From Deltaproteobacteria bacterium (GTDB lineage Bacteria > Desulfobacterota > Binatia > UBA9968): DNA of 64,000 nucleotides. The stretch is taken from positions 13,456-77,455 of the forward strand of contig VGTH01000021.1 in NCBI GenBank assembly GCA_016874755.1. The letters run 5' to 3'. The notes below the pieces were generated by a model. That model did not search any database. It was not told the DNA's origin and saw nothing but the letters and a program-made list of their open reading frames with translations. Each line of letters begins with the position of its first letter. Within the stretch, counting starts at the first letter, position 1. This document shows positions 54,301 to 63,737 of this stretch, piece by piece. The translations under genes were made by a program, and so were the position numbers.

Positions 54301-55599
54301 TTGGCTGGCCCATCGACTAACGCAGACAACTCAAGAGCCGCTTCGAGCCGTTCCCCTGAGCCCGATAAAAAAGTCGCTTTTGCCGCGCTGCAGCACCGCG
54401 ACTATCGCTGGTTTCTTGGCGCCACCATGCTCGCCATGATGGCGGACAACATCGAGCATGTGATCAGCTATTGGGTGTTGTTTCAGAAGTTTCAGTCGCC
54501 GGTGCTGGCCGGTTTTGCCGTCATCAGCCATTGGACGCCGTTTCTCTTACTCTCGGTTTATTTCGGTGCGCTGGCCGACCGCTACGATTGCCGCAAGCTG
54601 ATTCAGATCGCCCAGGTCATGTACATGGTCGTGTCGGCCACCTGGGCGATATTGTTTTTAACCGACACGATTCAAGTTTGGCACGCTTGTGTGCTTTTGG
54701 TGATCCACGGCATCGCCGGGGTGTTTTGGACGCCGGCGGAGATTCTTCTGATCCACGATATTGTCGGGCCGAAAGATTTGCCGAGCGCGGTGCGGCTCAA
54801 TGCCACGGCGCGCCAGCTCGGGATTCTTTTCGGCCCGGCGGTGGGCGGTGGCTTGATGTTGTGGTTCGGTGCGCCGACGGGGCTGTTCGTCAACGTGCTT
54901 ATCTATGTGCCGTTTACGATTTGGCTGATGCTGGTGCCCTACACCGGCCACCTGCGTGATGGCGCGCCGGCGCGGCGCGGCATGCGCTGGCGCGAAGCGT
55001 TCATGATCATGCGCGACGTGATGGAGCATCGTTCGATCGCCACGATGATCTTTCTCGGCGGCGCCGCGTCGCTGTTCGTCGGCAACGCCTTTCAAGCGGC
55101 GATGCCGGAGTTCGCTCACGATCTCGGCACCGAGAAAGCTGACTTCGCTTACAGCGCTTTGTTAGCAGCCAATGCCGCCGGTTCGGTCTTTGGCGGTTTC
55201 GTGCTCGACGGCAAACAGTGGATTCCGCCGACGGTGAAGGCGGCGATCGCCTGCGCGATTCTCTGGTGCGTGGTCATGACCGGCTTTGCCTTTTCGACGA
55301 GCTATCCGCTGTCGCTGATTCTATTATTCGGCGCCGGCGCGCTGAACTTGGCGTTCTATTCGATTGCCCAAACCATCGTGCAATTGGAATCGCCAGTGGC
55401 GCTGCGCGGCCGTTTGATCGGGTTGTTTTCCATGTCGGCCTTCGGTCTGCGCGCCTTCAGCGGCGTAACCGTCGGCGTTATCGGCGGCCTGATCGGCATT
55501 CACTGGTCGCTGGCGCTGAGCTCACTGATTCTCCTCGCAGTCACCATCGCGTTGTTCGCTTTCGCGCACCAGAGCCGCGCGGTCACCGAAGCGAGTTAA
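54301..55599 (+). CDS. MFS transporter, tandem copy 1
   Basis: TTG start at 54301, chosen because AATCGGAG-N5-TTGGC matches copy 2. 12-TM MFS with the conserved MADNIEHVISYW block. Confidence 0.8.
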   Translation: MAGPSTNADNSRAASSRSPEPDKKVAFAALQHRDYRWFLGATMLAMMADNIEHVISYWVLFQKFQSPVLAGFAVISHWTPFLLLSVYFGALADRYDCRKLIQIAQVMYMVVSATWAILFLTDTIQVWHACVLLVIHGIAGVFWTPAEILLIHDIVGPKDLPSAVRLNATARQLGILFGPAVGGGLMLWFGAPTGLFVNVLIYVPFTIWLMLVPYTGHLRDGAPARRGMRWREAFMIMRDVMEHRSIATMIFLGGAASLFVGNAFQAAMPEFAHDLGTEKADFAYSALLAANAAGSVFGGFVLDGKQWIPPTVKAAIACAILWCVVMTGFAFSTSYPLSLILLFGAGALNLAFYSIAQTIVQLESPVALRGRLIGLFSMSAFGLRAFSGVTVGVIGGLIGIHWSLALSSLILLAVTIALFAFAHQSRAVTEAS

Positions 55600-55690
55600 C
55601 AGAATCTTTCTCCTTCTTTGGTCTGGTTGCGAGCCTGGCGGTTATCCGTTACTTTCCAAAGCTAATCTTCTATTCTAATCGGAGCATTCC

Positions 55691-56983
55691 TTGGCATCTG
55701 CGAGTGACCATCAGCCGAATGTCGCGCCACCGTCGGCAGAGAAAAAGTTAGCTTTCGCCGCGCTGCGCCACAAAGATTTTCGCAGCTACTTCTGGACCAC
55801 CGCGCTGGCCATGATGGCTGACAACATCGAGCATGTGATCAGCTACTGGCTGTTGTATCAAAAGTTTCACTCGCCGACGCTGGCCGGCTTTGCGGTGTTG
55901 AGCCATTGGACACCATTTTTGCTTTTCGCGGTTTACTTTGGCGCCATGGCGGACCGCTATGATTGCCGCAAAGTCATTCAAGTGGCGCAGATCATGTACA
56001 TGGGCGTGTCGGCGTTGTGGGCGTTTTTGTTTTGGACCGACACGATTCAAGTCTGGCACGCCTGCGTGTTGCTGGTGATTCACGGCATGGCGGGGGTGCT
56101 CTGGGGACCCGGCAGTCAGTTGTTAATTCACGATATCGTTGGCCGGGAGCAGTTGCAGAGCGCAATTCGTCTAAATTCCACGAGCCGCCAGTTGGGAATT
56201 CTTTTCGGCCCTGCGGTGGGCGGCGGCATGATGCTCTTGTTCAGTCCATCGGTGGGACTGGTGGTCAACACATTGATCTACTTGCCGCTGACGCTGTGGC
56301 TGCTGCGCGTGCCCTACACCGGCCACAGCCGCGAGGGCGCGGCGCCGGCGCGGCGCGCCATGAGTTGGACCGACGCTTTCAAAGTCATCCGGGAAATTTC
56401 CGATAACCGCCCCGTGACTACAATGGTCATACTGGGCGGCTGCGTGTCGTTTTTCGTCGGCACGGCGTTCCAAGCAACCATGCCGGAGTTTGCCCACGAC
56501 CTGGGTACTGAGAAAGCCGACTTCGCCTACAGCGCACTGCTCGGTGCCAACGCCGCCGGCGCGGTGGTCGGCGGCTTTCTCCTGGAGGGGCGCTCCTGGC
56601 TGCCGCCCAGCGTGAAGACCGCGATCATCAGCGCGATCCTCTGGTGCGTCACCATCGCGGCGTTTGCGCTGTCTTACAATTATTACCTCTCGCTCGGCCT
56701 GTTGTTTCTCGCCGGTGTATTGAACCTGGCGTTTTCGTCGATGGCGCAGACCATCGTGCAGCTCATGTCGCCGCCGCAGCTGCGTGGCCGGCTGATCGGT
56801 TTGTACTCGATGACCAGCATGGGCTTTAAAGCTTTTAGCGGCGTCACGGTGGGCGTGGTCGGCGGCTTGATCGGCGTGCACTGGTCGCTGGCCTTGAGCG
56901 CGATGGTTTTGCTGGCGATCACGGTGGCGCTCTTCGCTTTTTCGATTCCCGGACAACCGGCGGAGAAAGTGGTTCAAGGCTGA
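55691..56983 (+). CDS. MFS transporter, tandem copy 2
   Basis: 430 aa, TTG start preceded by AATCGGAG. Colinear with copies 1 and 3. Confidence 0.85.
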   Translation: MASASDHQPNVAPPSAEKKLAFAALRHKDFRSYFWTTALAMMADNIEHVISYWLLYQKFHSPTLAGFAVLSHWTPFLLFAVYFGAMADRYDCRKVIQVAQIMYMGVSALWAFLFWTDTIQVWHACVLLVIHGMAGVLWGPGSQLLIHDIVGREQLQSAIRLNSTSRQLGILFGPAVGGGMMLLFSPSVGLVVNTLIYLPLTLWLLRVPYTGHSREGAAPARRAMSWTDAFKVIREISDNRPVTTMVILGGCVSFFVGTAFQATMPEFAHDLGTEKADFAYSALLGANAAGAVVGGFLLEGRSWLPPSVKTAIISAILWCVTIAAFALSYNYYLSLGLLFLAGVLNLAFSSMAQTIVQLMSPPQLRGRLIGLYSMTSMGFKAFSGVTVGVVGGLIGVHWSLALSAMVLLAITVALFAFSIPGQPAEKVVQG

Positions 56984-56989
56984 AGCCGC

Positions 56990-58276
56990 ATGGCTGCAAA
57001 ACCGCAACCAAAAACCCAGGAGCCCGCGGCGGCGCCGGCCAAGCCACGCGCCTTCGCCGCGCTGCATCACGCCGATTATCGGAAATATTTCTTTGTCCTG
57101 ATGTTGGCGCAGATGGGCGACAACATCGAGCATGTGATCAGCTACTGGTTGCTCTATCAGAAATTTCACTCGCCGGTGCTGGCCGGTTTCGCGGTCATCA
57201 GCCACTGGACGCCATTTTTATTTTTCGCGGTTTACTTTGGCGCGCTGGCCGATCGCCACGACTGCCGACGCGTGATTCAGAGCGCGCAGGCGATCTACGC
57301 CGTGGTGTCGCTGCTTTGGGCGGTCTTTTTTCTCACCGACACGATTGAAGTCTGGCATGCCTGCGTGCTTTTGGTCGTGCACGGCATGGCCGGAGTTCTT
57401 GGCCAACCGGCCAGCCAGTTGATCATTCACGACATTGTCGGGCGCGAGCATTTGCAAAGCGCCGTGCGTTTGAACTCCACCGGACGCAATATCGCAATTC
57501 TTTTTGGCCCCGGCGTCGGTGGTACGACAATGCTCCTGTTCGGCGGTCCCGCGGGATTGTTCATCAACGCGCTGATGTACGTGCCGGCGATCATCTACAT
57601 GATGATGATCCCCTACACTGGCCATGGCCGCGATGAAGCGGGGAGTGTGCGGCCGGGCCGAGCCGGCTTGGGCGGCGCCATCAAATTGCTGCGCGAAAGC
57701 GCGTCCAATCCGACTATCCTGTCAATGATCTTGCTGGGTGGCTCGACGTCGCTGTTGGTGGGCAACGCTTTCCAAGCGCAGATGCCGGATTTCGCCCACG
57801 ACTTCGGTCATGACAAGCACGATTGGGCTTATAGTATTTTACTCGGCGCCAACGCTGCCGGCGCCGCAGTGGGTGGATTGCTCTTGGAAGGCACCGGTTG
57901 GCTCAAAGCCAACGCGCGCAACGCGGCGATCTGCTCGATTCTCTGGTGTGTCGCGATCATTGGCTTCGCAGTCTCAACAGTCCTGTCCTTTGCAATTGCG
58001 CTGTTGTTTTTCGCCGGCTTCCTCAATCTGGCATTTTTATCGATGGCGCAAACTTTGGTGCAATTACAGGCGCCGCCCAATCTGCGTGGCCGTTTAATCG
58101 GCTTGTTCAACACGTCGAACAACGGTCTGCGCGCCTTCAGCGGCGTCACCGTCGGTGTCGTCGGCGGCCTGATCGGCATTCACTGGTCGCTGGCACTCAG
58201 CTCGATGGTGTTGCTCGCCGTGACGATTGGGTTATTCGCGTTTGTGATTCCGGGGCGAGGGGCGGAGAAGAGTTAA
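56990..58276 (+). CDS. MFS transporter, tandem copy 3
   Basis: 428 aa, ATG start 6 nt after the copy 2 stop. Carries the same conserved blocks. Confidence 0.85.
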   Translation: MAAKPQPKTQEPAAAPAKPRAFAALHHADYRKYFFVLMLAQMGDNIEHVISYWLLYQKFHSPVLAGFAVISHWTPFLFFAVYFGALADRHDCRRVIQSAQAIYAVVSLLWAVFFLTDTIEVWHACVLLVVHGMAGVLGQPASQLIIHDIVGREHLQSAVRLNSTGRNIAILFGPGVGGTTMLLFGGPAGLFINALMYVPAIIYMMMIPYTGHGRDEAGSVRPGRAGLGGAIKLLRESASNPTILSMILLGGSTSLLVGNAFQAQMPDFAHDFGHDKHDWAYSILLGANAAGAAVGGLLLEGTGWLKANARNAAICSILWCVAIIGFAVSTVLSFAIALLFFAGFLNLAFLSMAQTLVQLQAPPNLRGRLIGLFNTSNNGLRAFSGVTVGVVGGLIGIHWSLALSSMVLLAVTIGLFAFVIPGRGAEKS

Positions 58277-58333
58277 TGAATTCGGCTTCGGCTGTTTAAC
58301 CGCAGTGCAAAAAACGTAAAGCCAAAATAAAAA

Positions 58334-58354
58334 GGGCGGGTTTGAACCCCGCCC
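58334..58354. terminator. GC hairpin between convergent genes (part of a GCAAAG-type element)
   Basis: GGGCGGG-TTTGAAC-CCCGCCC flanked by A/T runs (AAAAA upstream, GAAATT downstream). It lies between the MFS copy 3 stop and the DapA-like gene stop. Confidence 0.35.
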
Positions 58355-58387
58355 GAAATTCGCCAGAGATAAATCGGTCTCTATTAG

Positions 58388-59347
58388 CTACGCCGCCCGT
58401 TCCGTTTTCGCTGCTTTGAATTGGTTTTTCTTCAAGGCTTCGTAGCTTGCCAGTAACTGCTTCTTTTCCGCTTCGCTGATGCCCAATTGTGGGCGGCGCA
58501 CTTTGGCGGTTTTGATCAGGCCTTCGTGCTGCAGAACGACTTTGATACGGGCGACGGCTTCGACGATCGGTTCGCTGAAGACCAATTCCTTCACCGCTTC
58601 CAATTCTTTTTGAATGCGCGCGGCTTCTTCGTGCTGGCCGGCGCGGCCGGCGAAGTCCATGGCGCCCCAGCGCTCGGTGGCGACGTTGGCGACGCCGATA
58701 AGCGCGCCGTGGGCGCCGAGCTGGTAGCTCTCGGCGACGAACCGGTCGTTGCCGGTAAGGACGCGCATCTCGGCGCGGTCGTGTTCGAGGGCTTTGAGGG
58801 TGTCAGTGAAAAGTTTGATGTCGAAGGACGCTTCCTTGAAGGCGACGACGTTCTCGAGGCGGGCGATGCGGCAGATGGTCTCGGGGTCGTAGTAATAGCT
58901 CTTGACCGGTATTTGAAACAGCACCACCGGCAGTTTGGTCTCACTAGCGAGGTCTTCGAAGTAGCGAACTTTCAGGTTGTTGTCGACTTTTCCCCAGGAG
59001 AATAAGAGGGGCGGGAAGATCATCACGCCGTCGATAGCGAGGCTTTCCAAATCGCGCATGAGGCCGACGGTTTCGTCGGTGGATTGCGGCGCGATGGTGG
59101 CGATATGGGTTTTGCCGGCATCGCGGGCGATTTTGCCGCAGATTTCGTAGACCTGCCGCTTCTCCGCCAGGCTCAGCACCGGGCTTTCACCGATGCGCGC
59201 GCAGGAGACCAGACCGGCGACGCCGGGCAGCGCGGCGAAATATTTCGTCAGGCGTTCGAGGCTCGCCAAGTCCAACGAGCCGTCGTCGTGAAACGGCGTG
59301 ACGTATGGAATATAAAGGCCGCTGAACCGATCGTGAATGGCTGCCAT
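58388..59347 (-). CDS. DapA/NAL-family class I aldolase-lyase (second copy)
   Basis: 319 aa with YIPYVTPF, ARIGES and a Schiff-base Lys context VVAFKEAS. Confidence 0.8.
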   Translation of the reverse strand: MAAIHDRFSGLYIPYVTPFHDDGSLDLASLERLTKYFAALPGVAGLVSCARIGESPVLSLAEKRQVYEICGKIARDAGKTHIATIAPQSTDETVGLMRDLESLAIDGVMIFPPLLFSWGKVDNNLKVRYFEDLASETKLPVVLFQIPVKSYYYDPETICRIARLENVVAFKEASFDIKLFTDTLKALEHDRAEMRVLTGNDRFVAESYQLGAHGALIGVANVATERWGAMDFAGRAGQHEEAARIQKELEAVKELVFSEPIVEAVARIKVVLQHEGLIKTAKVRRPQLGISEAEKKQLLASYEALKKNQFKAAKTERAA

Positions 59348-59428
59348 GTTGATCTCCTGGCTTGGAATTCTTGCTGCTCACGAGTAGAACAGACTTCGAT
59401 GGCCCGTTCAAGTTCGAGGAGAGTCTCC

Positions 59429-60979
59429 ATGGCCGCAGCAGTTTCTTGCCAAGAATTGTCGGCGCTGATGCCGTCGCCTGATCTCTATGCGGTTTTCGAC
59501 GTGCGCGAGCGCGGCGAGTCCAACCAGGAACAAATCCCCGGCGCGACATCCTTACCGCGCAGCCAGATCGAATTCCGCATCGCCGAGCTGGTGCCGGACC
59601 GGAATATTCCAATTGTGCTTTACGACGAGGATGGCGAGCGCGCGCCGCGGGCGCGGTGCACTCTGGTGGAGCTTGGCCACAATTATGTCTCGCTGCTCGC
59701 GGGCGGTCTTCCGGCCTGGAAAGCGCAGGGGTATGGGACTGTCAGCGGCGTCAACGTGCCGAGCAAAGCCTTTGGCGAAAAAGTGCATCACGAACGGCAG
59801 GTGGCGGACATGACTCCCGAGCAACTGAAGGCGTTGCAGGATCGCGGCGAAGAGTTGGTGATTCTCGATGTGCGGACGCCCGAGGAATATGGCCGCTTTT
59901 GCATTCCCGGCGGCCAGAGTGTGCCTGGCGGCGAACTGATTCTTTGGGCTGACGAGTTGCGTCGCAGGCCGACAGTGATAGTCAACTGCGCCGGCCGCAC
60001 CCGCAGCATCATCGCCGCTGCGGCACTGCGACGTTTAGGTTTAACGAATGTGCGCGCGCTGCGCAACGGCACCATGGGTTGGGTGTTGGCGGGGCTTGAA
60101 TTGGAACAAAAGCCCGGCCGCGGCGGGCCGCAGGCGCCGGCAGAGAGTCGGGAGAGCGCCGTCGCGGCGGCGCAACGAATCGCTGAAGAAGAAAAACTAT
60201 CTTTCCTAACCGTGGAGGAATGTCAGAAACTTGGAAACAACGAGCGCTACCTGATCGACGTGCGCTCGGAAAAAGAATTTGCCGAAGGCCATATCGATGG
60301 ATCGATCAATGTTCCGGGCGGGCAGGCAGTGCAGCGCTCCGACGATTTCGTTGCCGTGCGCAACGCGAAGATTGTTTTCGTCAGCAGCGACGGCACTCGG
60401 GCGACCATGGCGGCCTATTGGTACCGCGAGATGGGTTTTCCGCAGGTTTTCATTCTGAGCGGAGGAAGCAAAGCCTGGCAAGCCAGCGGGGACAAGTTGC
60501 TCAGCGGGACGCCTGAATCTAAGCCGCTTGGTCTTGACGCTGTACTGCGGGAAACGAAAATGATCGATGCCGCCGATTTGGCTGAGCGAGCGAAGGGCGA
60601 AAGGCCTTTGATTCTCGATGTCGGCACAAGCCTCGATTATGAGTCAGGCCACCTACCGGGTGCGAAATGGATCTCGCGGGGTTGGCTCGACATCAAACTT
60701 CCTGGGTTATTTCCGGACAGGGCGAAGCCGATCATCGTTACCTGCAGCGATGGCCGCCAATCGGCTTTCGCGGCGCGAGCCCTGGTGGAAATAGGCTGGC
60801 AGAATGTTGCCGTGCTGCGCGGTGGCATTCGTGCATGGCAGGAGAGGGGACACGCGATCGAAACTGGGCTGACAGATGCACTGATTGAGCCCAACGATGT
60901 CGTGTTGTCGCCGTCGATCCGCGGCACCAAAGAGGATATGCAGAACTATCTAAATTGGGAGTTAAAGTTGAAACTATGA
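59429..60979 (+). CDS. Four-domain rhodanese-like sulfurtransferase
   Basis: Start at ATG 59429. Four rhodanese repeats whose loops alternate between Cys-less (YDEDGERA, SSDGTRA) and Cys-containing (NCAGRTRS, TCSDGRQS). Confidence 0.8.
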   Translation: MAAAVSCQELSALMPSPDLYAVFDVRERGESNQEQIPGATSLPRSQIEFRIAELVPDRNIPIVLYDEDGERAPRARCTLVELGHNYVSLLAGGLPAWKAQGYGTVSGVNVPSKAFGEKVHHERQVADMTPEQLKALQDRGEELVILDVRTPEEYGRFCIPGGQSVPGGELILWADELRRRPTVIVNCAGRTRSIIAAAALRRLGLTNVRALRNGTMGWVLAGLELEQKPGRGGPQAPAESRESAVAAAQRIAEEEKLSFLTVEECQKLGNNERYLIDVRSEKEFAEGHIDGSINVPGGQAVQRSDDFVAVRNAKIVFVSSDGTRATMAAYWYREMGFPQVFILSGGSKAWQASGDKLLSGTPESKPLGLDAVLRETKMIDAADLAERAKGERPLILDVGTSLDYESGHLPGAKWISRGWLDIKLPGLFPDRAKPIIVTCSDGRQSAFAARALVEIGWQNVAVLRGGIRAWQERGHAIETGLTDALIEPNDVVLSPSIRGTKEDMQNYLNWELKLKL

Positions 60980-60992
60980 TTAGGAGAACGGG

Positions 60993-61829
60993 CTAACCGG
61001 CGTGCTTGCGAATAAAGGCCGTCATTATCTCCATCGCTCGCATGGTTTCCGGCTTATCCGGAGAGGGCACCATCCGGTGCTCGGGTAGGCCGCTGAACAT
61101 CTGTACGTCCATAGTGCCGCCGCGTCTGCGGTAGGAGGCAACAAACTTCTCTTCCATCTCCAAAGGATGATTCTTGTCGTTCTCTTTGAGTAATAGCAGA
61201 ATCGGCGGCATCTCGATCTTTTCACCGCTATCACAGATGGTCTGTGGACTGCCTTCGCTCATCGCCTCTTCAGTGCGCCAGTAATCGTAGTGCGCCTTGA
61301 TATGTTCTTGGTTGTTGATGCGCTTCGCGTAAAGAAACCGATAATGCGGACAGATGACTGGCCAGCCGGCGATCACGTACGCGAGGCTTGCATCCACTTG
61401 AGGAGACTTCGCCAGCGGCGATGACGCGTAGGCGGCGTGGCGCGGTCTCATCGCGCTCAGGACGACTTGATGGCCGCCGCTAGAATTCCCGAAGGCGCCG
61501 ACTTTTGTCGAGATCTGGTATTCGGCTGCATGGGCTTTTAGCCAGCGCGTTGCGAGATTGATGTCACAGACGGATGCCGGATAGCCGGCTTCGGGTGGTT
61601 GGCGGAACTCTACCGCAGCGACGAGAATCCCTTGCGCCGCCAGGGCATGATCGATGCCGGCGTTGTTGGTGCGATCGCCATTGTGCCAGGCGCCGCCGTG
61701 CACGTCGATGATCGCTGGAAACGGCCCATCGCCTTTAGGCTGATAGATGCGCAGCGGCCAGGACTTGCCGCCGATGGATTGATACTCGACATCACGGACT
61801 TCGACTTCGTATTTGGCCGGGTGTGTCAT
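60993..61829 (-). CDS. Alpha/beta hydrolase (esterase/lipase fold-3 type)
   Basis: 278 aa with a VHGGAW oxyanion motif and a GNSSGGH nucleophile elbow. Confidence 0.8.
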   Translation of the reverse strand: MTHPAKYEVEVRDVEYQSIGGKSWPLRIYQPKGDGPFPAIIDVHGGAWHNGDRTNNAGIDHALAAQGILVAAVEFRQPPEAGYPASVCDINLATRWLKAHAAEYQISTKVGAFGNSSGGHQVVLSAMRPRHAAYASSPLAKSPQVDASLAYVIAGWPVICPHYRFLYAKRINNQEHIKAHYDYWRTEEAMSEGSPQTICDSGEKIEMPPILLLLKENDKNHPLEMEEKFVASYRRRGGTMDVQMFSGLPEHRMVPSPDKPETMRAMEIMTAFIRKHAG

Positions 61830-61874
61830 AAGCCATACTCCGTCGTTGGAGAGTCTTTGGGCGTTCTATCTCGT

Positions 61875-62441
61875 TCAGCAGTTATCGTATTTCGCGCTGG
61901 CGAAATATTTCACCGATTTGGACGCGACATCGAACTGGAGCCGCTGATAGTTCGCCAAATCGATACCGTAGACATGGACCTCGACGGTGTTTTTCTGGGT
62001 GACGTTGAGCATCTCGTGGATGTCATCTTCCGGTGCCAATAGAGTCGAGACCATGCCGGTCTGGTTTTGATTCACACCGGTCACTTGCAGCTCGGCATAG
62101 CCGTCTTTCTTGCCGTCGTCCTGGCGTTTAAAGCGGGTTTCCTGCAGCTCGTTCTCGACCACCCCCACGAGTCCCCAAGTGTCATGGTTGTGCGCTTTGG
62201 CGCCGTCGCCGGGGCCCCAGACGACGGTCGTCACGTTGAACTTCGGCGCCCGGTGCAGCATGTAGCGGCCGTAGGTTTTGCCGCCATGCTGCTTGTACTG
62301 CGGCTCGACGCAATTGGGATTTTTGACGAGCTCGGCAAGCAGCGGTTTGGCGACCTCGACGATTTTTCCCGGCTCTGGGTAACGGCTAGTAATGCTATCT
62401 AAGTCTCGAATAAATTGCCGGAGATTGTATCTGTTGAGCAT
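61875..62441 (-). CDS. Cysteine dioxygenase type I-like cupin (thiol dioxygenase family)
   Basis: Start at ATG 62441 (MLNRYNLRQFI). 3-His-type cupin motifs AHNHDTWG and DDIHEMLN. Confidence 0.75.
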   Translation of the reverse strand: MLNRYNLRQFIRDLDSITSRYPEPGKIVEVAKPLLAELVKNPNCVEPQYKQHGGKTYGRYMLHRAPKFNVTTVVWGPGDGAKAHNHDTWGLVGVVENELQETRFKRQDDGKKDGYAELQVTGVNQNQTGMVSTLLAPEDDIHEMLNVTQKNTVEVHVYGIDLANYQRLQFDVASKSVKYFASAKYDNC

Positions 62442-62469
62442 GGTGAGGATCAACGCAAAAGAGATTTTT

Positions 62470-62551
62470 ACCGCGAAGACACGAAGATCACGAAGGGAAA
62501 AAGAAGATATATTCTTTATCCGAAACTTCGTGATCTTCGCGTCTTCGTGGT
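62470..62551. repeat. CACGAAG-type long palindrome
   Basis: ACCGCGAAGACACGAAGATCACGAAG (62470-62495) matches the reverse complement of 62526-62551 at 24 of 26 positions. A 30-nt AT-rich loop separates the arms. Confidence 0.6.
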
Positions 62552-62560
62552 GAGTCCTTC

Positions 62561-63610
62561 TTACGCTGCTTTCTTTAGGCGCGGCAGCTTGGCGGCATCG
62601 ATGTCGTAGAGCCGGCAAACGTTGTCGCAGACGACTTTGCGCTGGGTTTCTGCCGGTAGATGACCCAAGTCGCGCTCGATGATCTTGATCGAGTTGGGCC
62701 AGGTGGAATTCGGATGGGGAAAATCATTGGACCACATGATGTTGTCTTGGCCCCAGAACTTTAAGTTTTCGCCACAGACGTGGTCGTTAAAAAAGCAGGC
62801 GTAGATTTGATCCTTGATGAAAGCGCTGGGGTTTTTCGAGAAAGCCGGCGGATTCTCTTTCTTGAAACGATTGTAATAATAGTCCCACTGCTGAAACATC
62901 CACGGCATCCAGCCGGATTCGTTTTCCACCGAAACGATTTTTAGCTTAGGGTGGCGCTCCAGCACGCCGGAGAAGACCAGGTCGAACAAGCCGTTGGCGA
63001 TGTCCATCAATTTCAGATTGACGCTGCCACGATAACGCTCGATGCCCTTGCGGTTCTTGTCTTTGTTGTAGCTGTGGCCGGTCAAGATATGCAGGCTCAG
63101 CGGCGCATCCAAATCTTCACAGGCGGACCAGAATTTTTCGTAATGATTGGAAGTGAACGGCAGATCTTTGTGGGGTGCTTGCCAAATGATCGCGCCTTTC
63201 AAACCTTTTTTGCGGCAGCGGTCGAGCTCCTTGACGCCATTGTCGATGTTGTAGACCGCGATGGAGGGAATGCCGATGAGCCGCGTCGGGTCCGTGCTGC
63301 AATAGTCAATCAGCCAATCGTTGTACGCGCGAAAGCATTCTTCCTGCAGACCGGCGTCGTCAAGGCCGAAAAGATCCAAACCCAAGGTTGGATAGAGCAC
63401 CTCGGCGCTGAGCCCGTCGGCTTCCATTTCTTTCATACGCGCCTTGGCGTCCCAGCCGCCGGCGTGCTGCTGGAAGCCTTCGCCGACTTGGTGCGGCGGA
63501 AATTCCGGTGCTGTGTCGCGATATTTCGCCGACACGCCCTTCTTCCAAAGGTCCACCGGTTCCATCACGTGAGAGTCCGAGGAAATAATCAAATCGCTTG
63601 CTATGGCCAT
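62561..63610 (-). CDS. Amidohydrolase_2 family protein (ACMSD-like)
   Basis: 349 aa with ISSDSHVMEP at the N-terminus and a C-terminal VCDNVCRLYDI tail. A TAAGGAGG RBS lies upstream. Confidence 0.85.
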   Translation of the reverse strand: MAIASDLIISSDSHVMEPVDLWKKGVSAKYRDTAPEFPPHQVGEGFQQHAGGWDAKARMKEMEADGLSAEVLYPTLGLDLFGLDDAGLQEECFRAYNDWLIDYCSTDPTRLIGIPSIAVYNIDNGVKELDRCRKKGLKGAIIWQAPHKDLPFTSNHYEKFWSACEDLDAPLSLHILTGHSYNKDKNRKGIERYRGSVNLKLMDIANGLFDLVFSGVLERHPKLKIVSVENESGWMPWMFQQWDYYYNRFKKENPPAFSKNPSAFIKDQIYACFFNDHVCGENLKFWGQDNIMWSNDFPHPNSTWPNSIKIIERDLGHLPAETQRKVVCDNVCRLYDIDAAKLPRLKKAA

Positions 63611-63674
63611 GGTTCAGTCCTCCTTATGGGATCGCGGCAATATTAAGCGCACATTAATGGATGGGCGGCTGCGC

Positions 63675-63702
63675 TGTCAATTGCCGGCAAAGGCAACTGA
63701 CA
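63675..63702. promoter_or_regulatory. Candidate operator palindrome upstream of the 63610 operon
   Basis: TGTCAATTGCC-N6-GGCAACTGACA, with 10 of 11 positions complementary. Confidence 0.25.
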
Positions 63703-63737
63703 ATAGTGCGGAGGCGTGAGTCGGAGGGTGTGACAAG

